Assembly (NCBI RefSeq): GCF_006345805.1 | Contig: NC_043026.1 | Location: forward strand, 1,054,001 to 1,118,000 | Direction: 5' to 3' | DNA length: 64,000 nucleotides | Origin: Octopus sinensis | Lineage: Eukaryota | In this document: one piece after another, positions 35,660-47,769 of the stretch | Numbering within the stretch: the stretch's first letter is position 1 | Layout: every line of letters starts with the position of its first letter | Notes under the pieces: generated by a model | What the model was told of the DNA's origin: nothing | Databases searched by the model: none | What the model saw: the letters and a program-made list of their open reading frames with translations, nothing else | Position numbers and translations under genes: made by a program

Positions 35660-36280
35660 GGCTTTCAAAGATATGTGAAATAAGAAATCCCTTGAAAAAT
35701 AGATAAGTGTTCAAGACAGAAAGGGCAGCTGGCTATAAAACAATGTCTTGATAATATGCTCATGTCGTTCATGCTAGCAGGTATGAGCCTACCTCCTAAG
35801 ATTTTCTTTATACAAGGTAAGCCCATACCTGAAACAGAAGCTAGATGCTTGTGCATAGGTAACAGTACATGTTCATTTGATGGCCAATACAACACAGAGA
35901 CCATTGTATATGAGGCAGAGGTGATGTCAAAGAATCCCAGTGAGCAGACTGATATGTGAAAATATGTGAGTGTGACAGAATATCTCTTTAGGATCAGATT
36001 TAACAATTACAAGTTCTCTTTTAATATATAGGAGAGGCAAAATATCACAGCTCTAGCTCTAGCAAGAGCTGTGATACCTATGAAAGAAAGTGCTGCATGT
36101 TACAGCATCAACTGAAGATGTGTAAGCCTCACTTCAATAGCAATAAGAGCTGCAGACTCTGTCTGGAAGAGAAAAGAATGATACTGAAACACTTTTCTCT
36201 CATCCATCTACTTAAGCTATAAAAATGAAATCTGCTAATCTCGCACTCATGAACAGAGATATACTAGGAAACTGGAGGAC
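35660..36280 (+). mobile_element. Penelope-like GIY-YIG fragment
   Basis: CLC..STCSFDGQYNTETIVYEAEV and CRLCLEEKRMIL motifs. Confidence 0.7.
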
Positions 36281-36529
36281 CCCATCATGAAATAAATATT
36301 AGAACTTATACTTTTAGTATTCCCCATCACTACAGTCTGGGGATTAAGCACAAGGTTTACCACACCCAGCCTATTATATACAAGCACACACATTCATGTC
36401 TACACATGATGCACACCAACTTTCACTGCAAACTCCTCCGACAGCTCTGATCCAATTCTAACTCATCTTTACTCCCTCATACAAACTCATCACTGCCCTA
36501 TATATTTATTATACATTTATGTATGTCTG

Positions 36530-36800
36530 TATATATGGATAACGAGAGAATTAATGATATCTTTGCAAATTAATTTTTCATGAATTATTTTTCTTGTGAA
36601 CTGCTTGCCCCTGTATCGAGATTATTTCCACACTGGTGACTGCCATGATTTTGGCACAAAATGAATCAGTTGCAGCACGAACTTCAAAATGACAGGTTGG
36701 GAGTCTCTTCTATCATAGTAATGCATGCTGAGGAAGCTAAGGCTACTTTTGCCAGTGCAGAAGCTGGTCCATGTCAGTCCAAATACTTAAATGTACATTG
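36530..36800 (-). mobile_element. Possible decayed mariner 3' fragment
   Basis: HFEVRAATD...QGQAVHKK* weakly resembles a mariner C-terminus. Confidence 0.35.
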
Positions 36801-38414
36801 GGAGATTGTCTTAACCTGATTTGCCTTCGGTTGATTTCTGTATTTTGGTGATTTACATAAGACTGTTATTTCCAGCAGGTAGAATTTAGTTAGTATGTCC
36901 TTTGATTAATTTTAATCCTTCAGCTATTCAATGGGGGGGGGTTGGGGGGGGGGGGGGCTCTGCAATTGTGTGTTGAGATATCAGGATATCACAGTGTAGA
37001 AGTGTTTACTTCAATAAAACGGCTGACAGTATAAGCAAGAAGTACAAGCAGAAGAAGAATGACATTAACATGAACAAGAACATGAATAACAACAACAAGA
37101 CTCAACAAAGCAATGAGAAGAGCAATAGCAACAACAATGCTGACCAAAACTAACGTATATAAGAAACAAATTGGTTGCTGTTTCCCACACATGATAACGT
37201 CACTGAGTAGCTTCAAGTGTTTACAGAGGATGAAAATGGCCAATGTAGAAAAAGACAAAATGGCTGTTCACTCTCAAAACATAGCGAAATTGGCTCTAGT
37301 TTATTCAGAGGATAAATCTTACTTGAATCAAAGAAACATCACCCATATAATAGACATCTTGATACTTTCAAAGACCAGATTTGGAATGCAGTTAAGAACA
37401 TCAGACGTGAGAAGCACCCACTTAGAAACCAGCACATGAGAAAATTAAGGAACATTATCCTGGAATTAAAATCTATACAATGTGAACATTAATTTATACC
37501 ATAATCTCATTCAGAAGGAAATAACTAAAAAATATAAAATAGTAAATAGGAATATACTTAGAAATATTAATCTTGAGTGTAAAAAAATTATGTATGAATA
37601 TAATCTTGATGAATTGACTGAACTGTTCGTTCCTCTGAGACCCAGAATATTTCTTAAGGACCACAAATCTAATTTCTTCACTGACCCATAAGTAAGACTT
37701 ATTTGCTAAGCAAAATCTGACATAGGTAAATTAAGCCAATTGATTTTAGATAAAAATATTGTCCAACTTAAGAATAAATTAAGATTAGAGCTGTGGTCTA
37801 ATACACAGGAAGTAACCAGCTGGTTCAATGGATTTGATAATAAGGATAGACATAGATTTATCCAGGTCAATATAAATGATTACTACTCCTCAATAAACCC
37901 CACAGTACTAAATAGTGCTAAGCATCATACTAACTTGTCTCACCAGGAATTAATATACTTACAGCGTGTAAATCAATTAAATTTGACAATAAATACTTGG
38001 CTAGGAAGGACACACCTGATTGCTTCAACATAGCTATGGGCTCGATTCGTTTGGTGCAAGTCATCTATATTGTAGCAATATATATACTGCATAAGTTTAA
38101 TAGTGAATTCCCAGAAATATATATTATATATACATATATATATATTATATGTGTGTCTGTCCGTCTGTGTGATTCCCTAAAACTTGAGAACTACACAACC
38201 AATTTCATTCAAATTTTACACATGCCTTACTTAGGGTCCATGAAGTGTCATGGGCAAAAAAAATTTTAACTTCTTGCCTAGTGCGAGCCCACAGCAATAT
38301 CATATCTTCTCTACTATTTCAGTATTACGTGTCAAAAGTGAAACCAAAACATCTCTCTATTGTAATGTCAGATGCTTTCACTTTAATACTGAAACTATTA
38401 AAGTGAAACTATTA

Positions 38415-38558
38415 TATAAGTGGGGTGAACTGTAAGTGGACATCCATTACGCTAGAAGAAGATCCGCTATGGTCTTACCACCAACAAAGGAATGGTAAGA
38501 CCTTAGCGGATCTTCTTCTAGCATAATGTATGTCCACTTACAGGTCATCCCTCTTATA
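38415..38558. repeat. 144-bp near-perfect palindrome (66-bp arms, 12-nt loop), MITE-like
   Basis: Arms 38415-38480 and 38493-38558 are reverse complements with 6 differences; TA at both ends. Confidence 0.9.
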
Positions 38559-38674
38559 TGTATGTAATATAATCTTTTCTGAAACTTCAGACTTTTCAAT
38601 ATGCTACACCACTGGTTTTAAATTGATATTAATCAAATTAATATTCAATTTTTCGCCCTTTTAAATTTAAATTT

Positions 38675-38709
<35 letters not shown>

Positions 38710-39436
38710 CAATAATAACAAAGGATAAAATTAATTAAGAAGTAATCAATAATTTCACCAAGTAGAATTCGGCATGAAAAAGGACCATTTCACGGTAAGC
38801 TTAAGTAATACTCTATAATTAGGGTTCAGCAAAAATTTGCTTTACCACATACCGAAGTTTAGAAATAGCAGTTAAAAAACCTTAGCTATTTCTTCTACTT
38901 TAAAAAGGGACTCCCAGAAAAACCAAAATACTTGAAAACAATCTACGTAGGCAGAGAGGAAAAATAACGAAAAACAATCCATATCTGGTCACCCATGTAC
39001 GTGCGTTTCGGAATTAGATCAATATAAAAAATATAGAATTATACTTTACCAAACCATTTTCATTCATCAGCATGGGACTCCAACAATATTAAATATTAAA
39101 TTCGAAGGCACTGGAAGAATTGAATATATCTCTCCACCTAACGGTATCGGACAGATCATATTCAGTGTTAGTGCCGCCGAATTCAAAATACGAATGAGAG
39201 TTCATCACCTCCCCCTGCCCATCAGCACGTGTCGTCAAGTAAGATACTACAGGAAAAAAACTGTAGTTTGTTATCAGGGAGAAAAATTCCATTATCAATA
39301 ATAACAAAGGGTAAAATTAATTAATTAAGAAGTAATCAATAATTTCACCAAGTAGAATTCGGCATGAAAAAAGACCATTTCACGGTAATACTTTATAATT
39401 AGGGTTCAGCAAAGATTTGCTTTACCACATACCGAA
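38710..39436 (-). mobile_element. PLE pseudo-LTR/retrozyme-like partial tandem (586-bp period)
   Basis: Direct repeats 38710-38856 and 39296-39436 with a hammerhead in the spacer; the minus-strand 3' end abuts (TA)n(TG)n. Confidence 0.65.
38992..39076 (-). ncRNA. Type I hammerhead fold D
   Basis: Stem I CCCATG/CATGGG; core CTGATGA (39070-39064); GAAA (39009-39006); stem III ACG-ca-CGT; GUA triplet. Stem II is weak (GAA/TTC, closing mismatch, long AT-rich loop). Confidence 0.75.
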
Positions 39437-42400
39437 AAAAAGCAAATCTTACATTCAAAAACTGCAGCACCAATCATAATGAAATTTGGAACACAAAATC
39501 CAAGCCCAGGGAGAAGGGTAATTTCATGAACCAAAATTACTGAATGGATCCTTATGATATTTGAAACTTAGATTCAATGCATCAGGGCGCGTATAATGCA
39601 TTATGTTCGGTTTGAATTTCAGATGGCTTAAAGGGGGCAAAACCCCTCATGAAAATTCATAAATTTTCTATGTTGATGAAATTTCAACCATGGGTAATTG
39701 ACACACATCAAGAAGTATTCTCAAAGTTTCCACTTCACATGACGATTCTAAGACACCCTAATGGGGGCCTTAACTCCCAAATTTTAGTAATTTCTTTTAT
39801 GATTCAAAACTAGGTCAAAAGTACTGAATGGATCTTTACAAAATTTGGAAATTATATTCTATGTATAAGGGCCATAATCCCCACGAAAATTCATATATTT
39901 TGGCTGTTGATGAAATTTTAATCATACATATTAGACACAAATGAAGTAATATTTATAAAATTTCACCTTCTTACAAGTTAGAAAGACCCCTTCATGGGGA
40001 GTTAATACCCACAATTTACTCATTTTATCTAAGCAAAGACGAATACAGTTGTACTCTTGGAAGCTGTAAGGTTACCCGAGCATTATTTGTAATTCAATGG
40101 TACAACAGCGTAACACTTTGCTTTGACATACACTTACATTGTGATTTCTGCAATGTGGTGCATAAATTGTCAAGTAAATGAAAGACATCTTTGCCTCCAC
40201 TGATTCAGTTGCAAAGTGTGGAGAAAAGTTATTTCATTGCAGACCTCCTTTCAGTCATTTTATTATCACTGGATCACACAGAGTCCCCACATGGTAACAT
40301 TTATAGATTGTAAATTTATTCTGTCCAGTTATGTATCAGTATAGTGGTCATTTGCAAACTCCAGAGGTGACACTTTCATTTCTCCTTAGCCCTCACCTCA
40401 CACAGTTGTTAATGTTTATTTCAGTTGGGTCATGCTCTTCCAATTGCTATAGATTTGTAATGCATCTTACGGCTGTGCCTGTCACCTGGATGGTGAGGAA
40501 TCCGACATTGGGAGTGGTAACGACTAGGGTAGGGTAGCTGACTGCTTATTGTGATCATTCGTCTTCTGGTTTCCTGTAGCTTTGCTCTCTTTTACAAACC
40601 CAGTGAACATATATTCCCTATTTCAAAGAAATTCAAACAATAGATATAGGACCCAAGTTAAAAAGATTCTCAACAATTCAACTTCTCTGGTTGACATTAA
40701 GACACCGAACCTCAACAGGGGTCTTAACTCTCACATTTTAGAGCTCCATGACCTCCATTTTTCAGGAGCAAAATCCTTTTAACAGGTTCAATAAAACTGA
40801 AATTTTGGAATATGTGCATAAAAATCAGTAGTATGGGATACATGTGGCACGATTATATATTTTTTTAGGTTGTGTAAAGAGGGAAATAACCCTCATCTGC
40901 AATTTTGATGAAATTCGAAACATAGATATTCCAATTCATTAGAGAAAATATAACAGAAAAGTCTAATTCTTCAATTGCATGTGACACGGGCAACACTGGG
41001 TAACTCTGCTAGTTCATTATTAAAACTACTAATAATAGAAAATTAGAAGAAAAAGTTTCATAAATTCTTCAATAGGTTTGGTCTTAAAATTTCTGTTGAA
41101 AATGAGCATAGCTCAGTAAACTTTCTAGATGTTAATCTTAATTAACTCACAGGTAACCATGCACCATATCATAGACCCAATTCAAAGTTGATCTTTCATC
41201 TAGTCAAGAAATTTTTTATATAAATAAGGATTATTCTAACTCAGCATTCGCTAAGGCAGGATACAAACAGAAAATAAATTTGACCCACATACTGATAATC
41301 CACAGACAAACAACCAGGTGAAGGAAGACTTGATTATAATAAATACAAATCAATCAAAAATTAACATTAAAAAAATAGAAATAAAAATAATTGCAGTTAT
41401 AATGTAATATAAATATGAATTACAATCAACATGGATCCAACTATAGACTAAACAATAACTAAACTAAATAAACTAAAAAATCCTTAAGACGCAAGAAACA
41501 TATTCCATATATAAAAGATACACATAAAAGCAACAGGAAATGCCTGAATAAAAAAGGAAAATAATGACTAACCTTATCCGAGTAATTCATTCTATCATAG
41601 ATAAACATTTCACTTCTAATAATATAACTATCATTAATAATAGAATAATGAGGATTGGATTTTTGGTAACCAAAAACCTATTTCGGCATATATCACCTTT
41701 TAATAATGTAAAATTTAATGCATATTACACAAATTGAAATAACTCCACCTCTAACTATGAACACAATCAATATTCAAACAAACATAAATGCCAGACATAT
41801 ATCTAAACAACACATGAACAACAATACAAACACAACTAACACTTCTAATAACTGTAAACCATGCAACCATTGAAGTGGAAGGCAAATATTTCTATAATGA
41901 TGGAGCGTGTTATGTGAAATGCTGACTTGCAAACCATAAGATCTCTTTTAGAAATTCTAATAAAAGAAATAGCACAGGCCTTAGTAAATTTATCTAGAAA
42001 CTAAAAGATAGCAATATAACTTATAAGATTAAATGGAAAATTTTAACAATGCTCAAGGGTATATGCCACCAGCCAAAATTGTTTGCTCTGCCTGGAGGAA
42101 ATAAATTACAATGTATTCTCAAAGCATAAACTCTTAAATGATAGACCTGAGAAAATTTCCCAATGCTTACATGTACACAAATATATATTTTCTAAATTTA
42201 AATAATTGATTTTCACTACACTAATATTTCACTAAATAATAATATACAATACATCTGATATATTCTAATATTCTGATTATATAATTCTGATTATACATAC
42301 ACACCTTCTTAATCACATCTTTTACATAAATTCTGCTTTTTTCTGTTCCAATCACACAATAAGTATAACATATACTCTCTATATATTATTTAGTAACCCA

Positions 42401-42520
42401 TTTCTTATTATAGATACACTTATATTAATTAACTCTTTAATATTAAATTTTTATTTAAATTTTAAAAAATTAATCTAAACTTAATACAATAATTTATAAT
42501 ATTGCCTTCATTGTTAATTG

Positions 42521-42577
<57 letters not shown>

Positions 42578-43251
42578 ACATAAATATATATACCAGCATG
42601 GAAATTATTACTTTTTCTGCAACTTAATGACCCACTAATTATACTTTTTCCATATCAGTGGTGGGCATATAACCCATATTTAAAACAATATTAGTATGCT
42701 TATTTATTAACATAAGGAGTGTATCAAATTATAAATAAAGAGAAAAAGATAATGAGATAAATTTATTTTACCATTGGATATTCATAATTAATGACAGATA
42801 TACATATGATGATGATGGTGGTCTACTCATGACCGAAGAAGACGATCACTTATGACTGACCACTGTCCATGTAAAATACCAACAATGCCCATGCATAAGA
42901 ATGAAGTTGTATTCCTTAATTTTCTATTTTGATAATTAATTTTCCATTCTGATATACAAAGAGCAAGAAAACATCCAGAAATAAATTGTGCAAAACAAGC
43001 TTATTTTTAATGAGATACTTCTTGAAATCACCTGAGGAGACACATCAACATTCATGGATACACCTAAACCAGTTGTACTGTATCTCTCCTACAAAAGATC
43101 AATGCTAGATGGGTTGAAACAATTGTAGTGATCAATAAAGATTTTTGTATCTTCCATCTCTCTCATTAATCAAATACCCAATGAACATGCTTTACCAGCA
43201 AACTACCAGGTGTATACTATATTCCATACAGTTTATTAAATACTATATATA

Positions 43252-44461
43252 CAGGGTGCGTAAAATATTTGAGGACAAACGGTTTTTTGGGTCATTGCTG
43301 CATTTTTTGCTAACTCTGCATAATCTTTGCTCTAGAAAATAATAATGACAGACCCTCAGCTTACTCAAGAATTGAAGAGGCGTGCTCTTATTGTGGTTAT
43401 AAAGGCTGAGCATAGCGATTTAAAATATCTCAATTTTTAAAAGTTGCCAGATCTTTTGTCTACAAAATCTGTAAGGAGCTAAAAGGCTGAAGATGGAAAT
43501 ATAATCACCAGAATCAAAGCATAAAAAGCATTCTAAACACTCTGAACACCTGAATTTATCCAGCAAGTTCAACAACCCATTGATTACAATCCCAGAAAGT
43601 CCATGAGGTCAATTGCAAAAGATCTCTGTGTCAGAAGGAACAGTCAGAAATGCTGTCCATGAAGACATCTTATATGATAAGGAAAGGTCAATTTGTCCAA
43701 AAAGGCAATAGAAAATCACTACATCAGATCTAAAAGGCTCTTAAGCTGGAAAAGGAAAAAATGACAGTTGGTTATGTGCAAGTGTTATGCATACAAAATT
43801 TCCTGCAACTGTCATGGTTTTAGGGGTTGTCAGCAATGAATGACATGTGATGCCTCCTTACTTCTTTCCACAAGGCCTTAGAGTTAACTCCGCTGCCTAC
43901 ATTGAGGTCCTGGAAATAATTGTTAAGCCATGGATAGACAGTGTATGCAATGGAAGGCTATATGTGTTTGAGTAAGACTCTGCACTATCACACATGGCTC
44001 TAGTAAAACAGGAATGGATGGCTGAAAATTTTCAAGATCACATAACCCCTAACATCTGACCTCTTAATTCCCCAGATCTCAATCCATTGGACTATTATAT
44101 GTGGAGCATTGTTGAGAGGTCAATGAACCCCAAAGATTCTATGAAAGCTGCCATAGTCAGAGTAATGTCCACAATGAACTAGGACCACTTGATTTGAGCA
44201 TGTAGATGATTTACCAAAGATTCTCTGAAAGCTGCCTTAGTCTAAGTAATGTCCAATATGAATGAGGAGCAATTGATTCTAGCATGTAGATGATTTAGAT
44301 CAAATATAGAAGCAGTTGTTGAAGCTGAAGGTGGCTTAATTGAATAACATTATAGAAAAGGATTATTTTTATCCTCATAGCACTTTTATATAAATAAAGT
44401 TATTACATATCTGTTTTTTTTTATAAACATAAATCTCTCCTCAGATATCTTATGCACCCAG
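43252..44461 (+). mobile_element. Full-length decayed maT (DD37D) transposon
   Basis: TA-flanked TIRs CAGGGTGCGTAAAATATTTGAGG / CCTCAGATATCTTATGCACCCAG; N-terminus MTDPQLTQELKRRALIV; I count 37 codons between the D of DSA and the D of SPDLNPLDY. Confidence 0.85.
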
Positions 44462-44472
44462 TATATATATAT

Positions 44473-44506
<34 letters not shown>

Positions 44507-44589
44507 AGTAGGTGAATGAATTATCCTATGTTAACATCTCTGTTCAACTCCATTCTTTCATTTATATATATATGTGTGTGTGTTGGTGT

Positions 44590-44905
44590 AAAATAACTGA
44601 AACATGCCAGTGGCATGTAAAAAGTACCTTTCAAGTGTTGGGGCTCATGGAAGTAATGACAGGTGACTGAAACCTTTGGTAATATGCTGCGCTTGAGAAT
44701 AAGACCCATCAAGCCAAATGAAATTGTAGTTGTGGCAGATACGGGTGTCCTTACACTCTCAGAGCAGTTTGCATTAGGAAGGAAATCCAGCTGTAGAAAC
44801 CATGCCAAATCAGACGGGAGTCTGGTGTAGCCATTCAGCTTACCAGTCCTGGTCAAACCGGTCAACTTATGCTAATATGGACAACGAATGTTAAATGATG
44901 ATGAT
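44590..44905 (+). mobile_element. Short RTE-tail derivative
   Basis: GTGGCATGTAAAAAGTACC, ATCCAGCTGTAGAAAC and a (TGA)n end. Confidence 0.65.
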
Positions 44906-44964
44906 ACACACACATTCATACTCTGAATATACATACATACACACACACTTATATAGAGACAAAG

Positions 44965-45330
44965 GCAGGTGAGGCCGCATGGTAAGAAGCTTGTATCCCA
45001 ACCTCATGGTTCTGGGTTCAGTTCCATTGTGTGACACCTTGGACAAGTGTCTTCTACTATAGCCTCGAGTTGATCAAAGCCTCATAAGTGGATTTGGTAG
45101 ATAGAAACTGAAAGGAACCCATTGTATATGTGTGTGTGTGTATTTGTTCCCCACCACCACTTGACAACTGATGTTGATGTGTTTATGTCCCTGTAACTTA
45201 GTGGTTTATCAAAAGAAACCAATAGAATAAGTACCTGGCTTAACAAAAAATAAGTACTGAGGTCAATTTGTTTGACTAAAAGTTCTTCAAGTCAGTGCCC
45301 CAGGATGACAAAACAAATATAAGATAAAAG
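44965..45330 (+). mobile_element. Diverged SINE family A
   Basis: Head TGGTAAGAAGCTTG...GGGTTCAGTTCC, body and tail as in 2531-2956. Confidence 0.75.
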
Positions 45331-45339
45331 ATGTATATA

Positions 45340-45379
<40 letters not shown>

Positions 45380-45618
45380 AAACCTTGTGAGAAGTCCTCC
45401 ACATGATAGTTGGGCATAGTAGAAACAATAGTCAAACCTTTCTCAAATCACATTTTACTGTCTTTGAAAAAAGGACAACTGGTTAATACTTGAAAGGACA
45501 AGACAATCATGGCTAGAATGTTTTTCCACATAGATCTGCTTCACCAGCAACAAGAAAGAGATAAATTAATAAAGAAAAACCAACAATAAAAAGGAATGTG
45601 GCCATCTATGAAACTTAC

Positions 45619-45746
45619 CCAGGGTGCCGTTCAGCCAAGTGTGTCCTTCAATCATCTGGTCTATCATGGCATAGTAGTGTGCATTCGCTTCATCTGTCAT
45701 TACCCATCCTCCAGCCACAATTTCCAATTTGCCATTATTAATAAGC
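45619..45746 (-). CDS. MAN2A1: Golgi alpha-mannosidase II internal exon, 128 bp
   Basis: [42 protein letters not shown](G) contains the GGWVMxDEA GH38 motif. Acceptor ttacatttccAG, donor GTaagt; AA+G completes a Lys codon from the previous exon. Confidence 0.95.
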
Positions 45747-45782
45747 CTGGAAATGTAAAGAAACAGTGAGAGAGAGAGAGAG

Positions 45783-45830
45783 GTTGCGTTGCGTTGCGTT
45801 GCGTTGCGTTGCATTGCGTTGCGTTGTGTT
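45783..45830. repeat. (GTTGC)n pentanucleotide microsatellite
   Basis: About 9 tandem units. Confidence 0.9.
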
Positions 45831-46249
45831 GTTGAATTGAAATGAAGAGCAAGACACAATTTTCCAACTAATCTAGCAGGGAACAATAACTTTGAATAAA
45901 AATTGCCTGAGGCTGTGATGACTACCCAACTTATATCAATATGGAAAGCATACTTAAAATGACAATGATAATGATGACAATGGTTCCATACACATACACA
46001 TCTAAAGCAAAGAGAAGGAGAAAGAGCAGTTAAAGCCAAACTCTGTGTTGAATGGCCGTTGTTTTAAAAAAAAGTGCTTCTAAATTAAGTGTGTGTGAGC
46101 ATATGTATAAAATTACCAGCAGCAATTAGAGACTGAAGAAACACTGTAAAGCTAAGCCCTTTATGGACGTGAAACCCTAGAGAAGCCCCAAAGATTGGCC
46201 ATAACTATCTTTATCCAAATATAAATATACGTGTGTGTGTGTGTGTGTG

Positions 46250-47285
46250 TGTTATATATAAGAATAGCCTGGGCTAAGTTCAGAGAGCTCTTACCTCTGC
46301 TGGTGACAAAGGGCTTCTCACTCAGAGTAAAAGGTAGACTGTATGACACATGTGTACGAACAGCCTTGCTACATGGCAGTGAAACATGGGCCGTGATTGC
46401 TGAGGATGTGTAAGCTTGCAAGGAATGAAGCCAGTATGCTCCAATGGATGTGTAATGTCAGTGTGCATACTCGACAGAGTGTTAGTGCCCTGAGAGAAAA
46501 GTTGGACCTAAGAAGCATCAGATGTGGTGTGCAAGAGAGATGACTGCACTGGTATGGTCATGTGGCGAGAATGAATGTGGATAGCTGTGTGAAAAAGTAC
46601 CACACCCTAGCAGTTGAGAGAACCTGTTGAAGAGGTAGACCCAGGAAGACTTGGGATGAGGTGGTGAAGCATGACCTTCAAACACTGGGCCTCACCAAGG
46701 CAATGACTAGTGACCGGACCTCTGAAAATATGCTGTGCTTGAGAAGACTCGGCAAGCGCAGGTGAGACCATAACCTTGTGGCCTATGCCAGGGGTGTAAC
46801 CAGTCCACTTATGCGTGCCTTTCTTTCATTGGACACTAAACTCTGCTTGCGAAGACTTGTTGAGGCAATTGAAATCGAAATCAAATTTGATGACTGGCAT
46901 CCGTGCTAGAGGAGCGCTAAGAGTACCATACGAGTGAGATTGGGGCCAGAGCAACAAGCTGGCCTCCAAGCCGATGGCATGTTAAAAACACCATTTGTGC
47001 GTGATCGTTATCTGCGTGCCTTACTAGCACTTGTAGTGGTGGCATATAAAAAGTACCATTTGAACGTGACCGTTGTCAGTATCGCCTGACTGGCCCTCAT
47101 GCCGGTGGCATGTAAAAGCACCCACTATGCTCTTGTAGTGGTAGGCATTAGGAAGGGCATCCAGCTGTAGAAACTCTGCCAGATCAGATTGGATTCTTGT
47201 GCAGCCATCTTGTTCGCCAGACCTCAGTCAAATCATCTAACCCATTCTAGCACGGAAAGCGGACGTTAAATGATGATGATGATGA
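46250..47285 (+). mobile_element. 5'-truncated RTE 3' end with full 3' UTR
   Basis: RIAWAKFRELLPLL, LHGSETW and a (GAT)n tail. Confidence 0.9.
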
Positions 47286-47389
47286 CGAATACATTAAAAG
47301 TGAAGTACAATCTTGCTTGCTTGCAATGTTACACAGCCAAACTGGCACATATTAGCAAAATACTTTGACAGACCAACCAAAGCCTTGTC

Positions 47390-47715
47390 AGTGGATTTTG
47401 TAGACAGAAACTGAAAGAAATCAACTGTATGTATATGTATATATATATGTAAGTCTATGTGTGTGTGTTTGTGTTTCTCCCTCATCACTGCTTCACAACT
47501 GGTGTTTGTTTATTTAAATCCCCATAACTTACTGGTTTCAAAAGAAGAAACTGATAGAATAAGTACCAGGCTTATCAAAATAAAAAAAAGCACTAGGCAG
47601 TGTCTCATGTCTCATATTTTTGTTTGCCCACTCAGTTGTATCTATCAATTTATCTTTGTGTGTGTGTGTGTATATATATATGGTTTTTGTAGACAGGAAC
47701 TGAAACAAATCAAGC

Positions 47716-47755
<40 letters not shown>

Positions 47756-47765
47756 ATATGTAAGT
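47390..47765 (+). repeat. SINE-A-derived ~300-bp unit, locally duplicated (also at 50470-50770)
   Basis: Both copies share the non-SINE tail GTCTCATATTTTTGTTTG.CCACTCAGTTGTATCTATCAATTTATCTT. Confidence 0.7.
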
Positions 47766-47769
47766 GTAT

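Larger units (their letters stand above)
38115..41012 (+). mobile_element. Non-autonomous Helitron-like element (host of further insertions)
   Basis: GTCTGTCCGTCTGT-type 5' region, repeated GATGAAATT subrepeats, and a 3' end ACGGGCAACACTGGGTAACTCTG-CTAG|T. It is uncertain whether the whole span is one element. Confidence 0.55.
37440..42190 (+). mobile_element. Penelope-like element (RT + GIY-YIG) split by nested insertions
   Basis: 37440-38110: LKDHKSNF, ILDKN, WSNTQEVTSWF, NDYYSSI, FNIAMG. Resumes at ~41014: KKKFHKFF.RFGLKI.VE, VNFLDV, PYHRPN. C-terminal STGLSKFI.KLK..ITYKIKWKIL and QCLH.HKY near 41900-42190. Confidence 0.75.

Noticed and set aside
43040-43115. Possible minus-strand cassette exon (ttttgtAG...CAG/GTgatt)
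   Set aside because: The peptide has no GH38 similarity and the region is better explained as a repeat homologous to 8330-8470.
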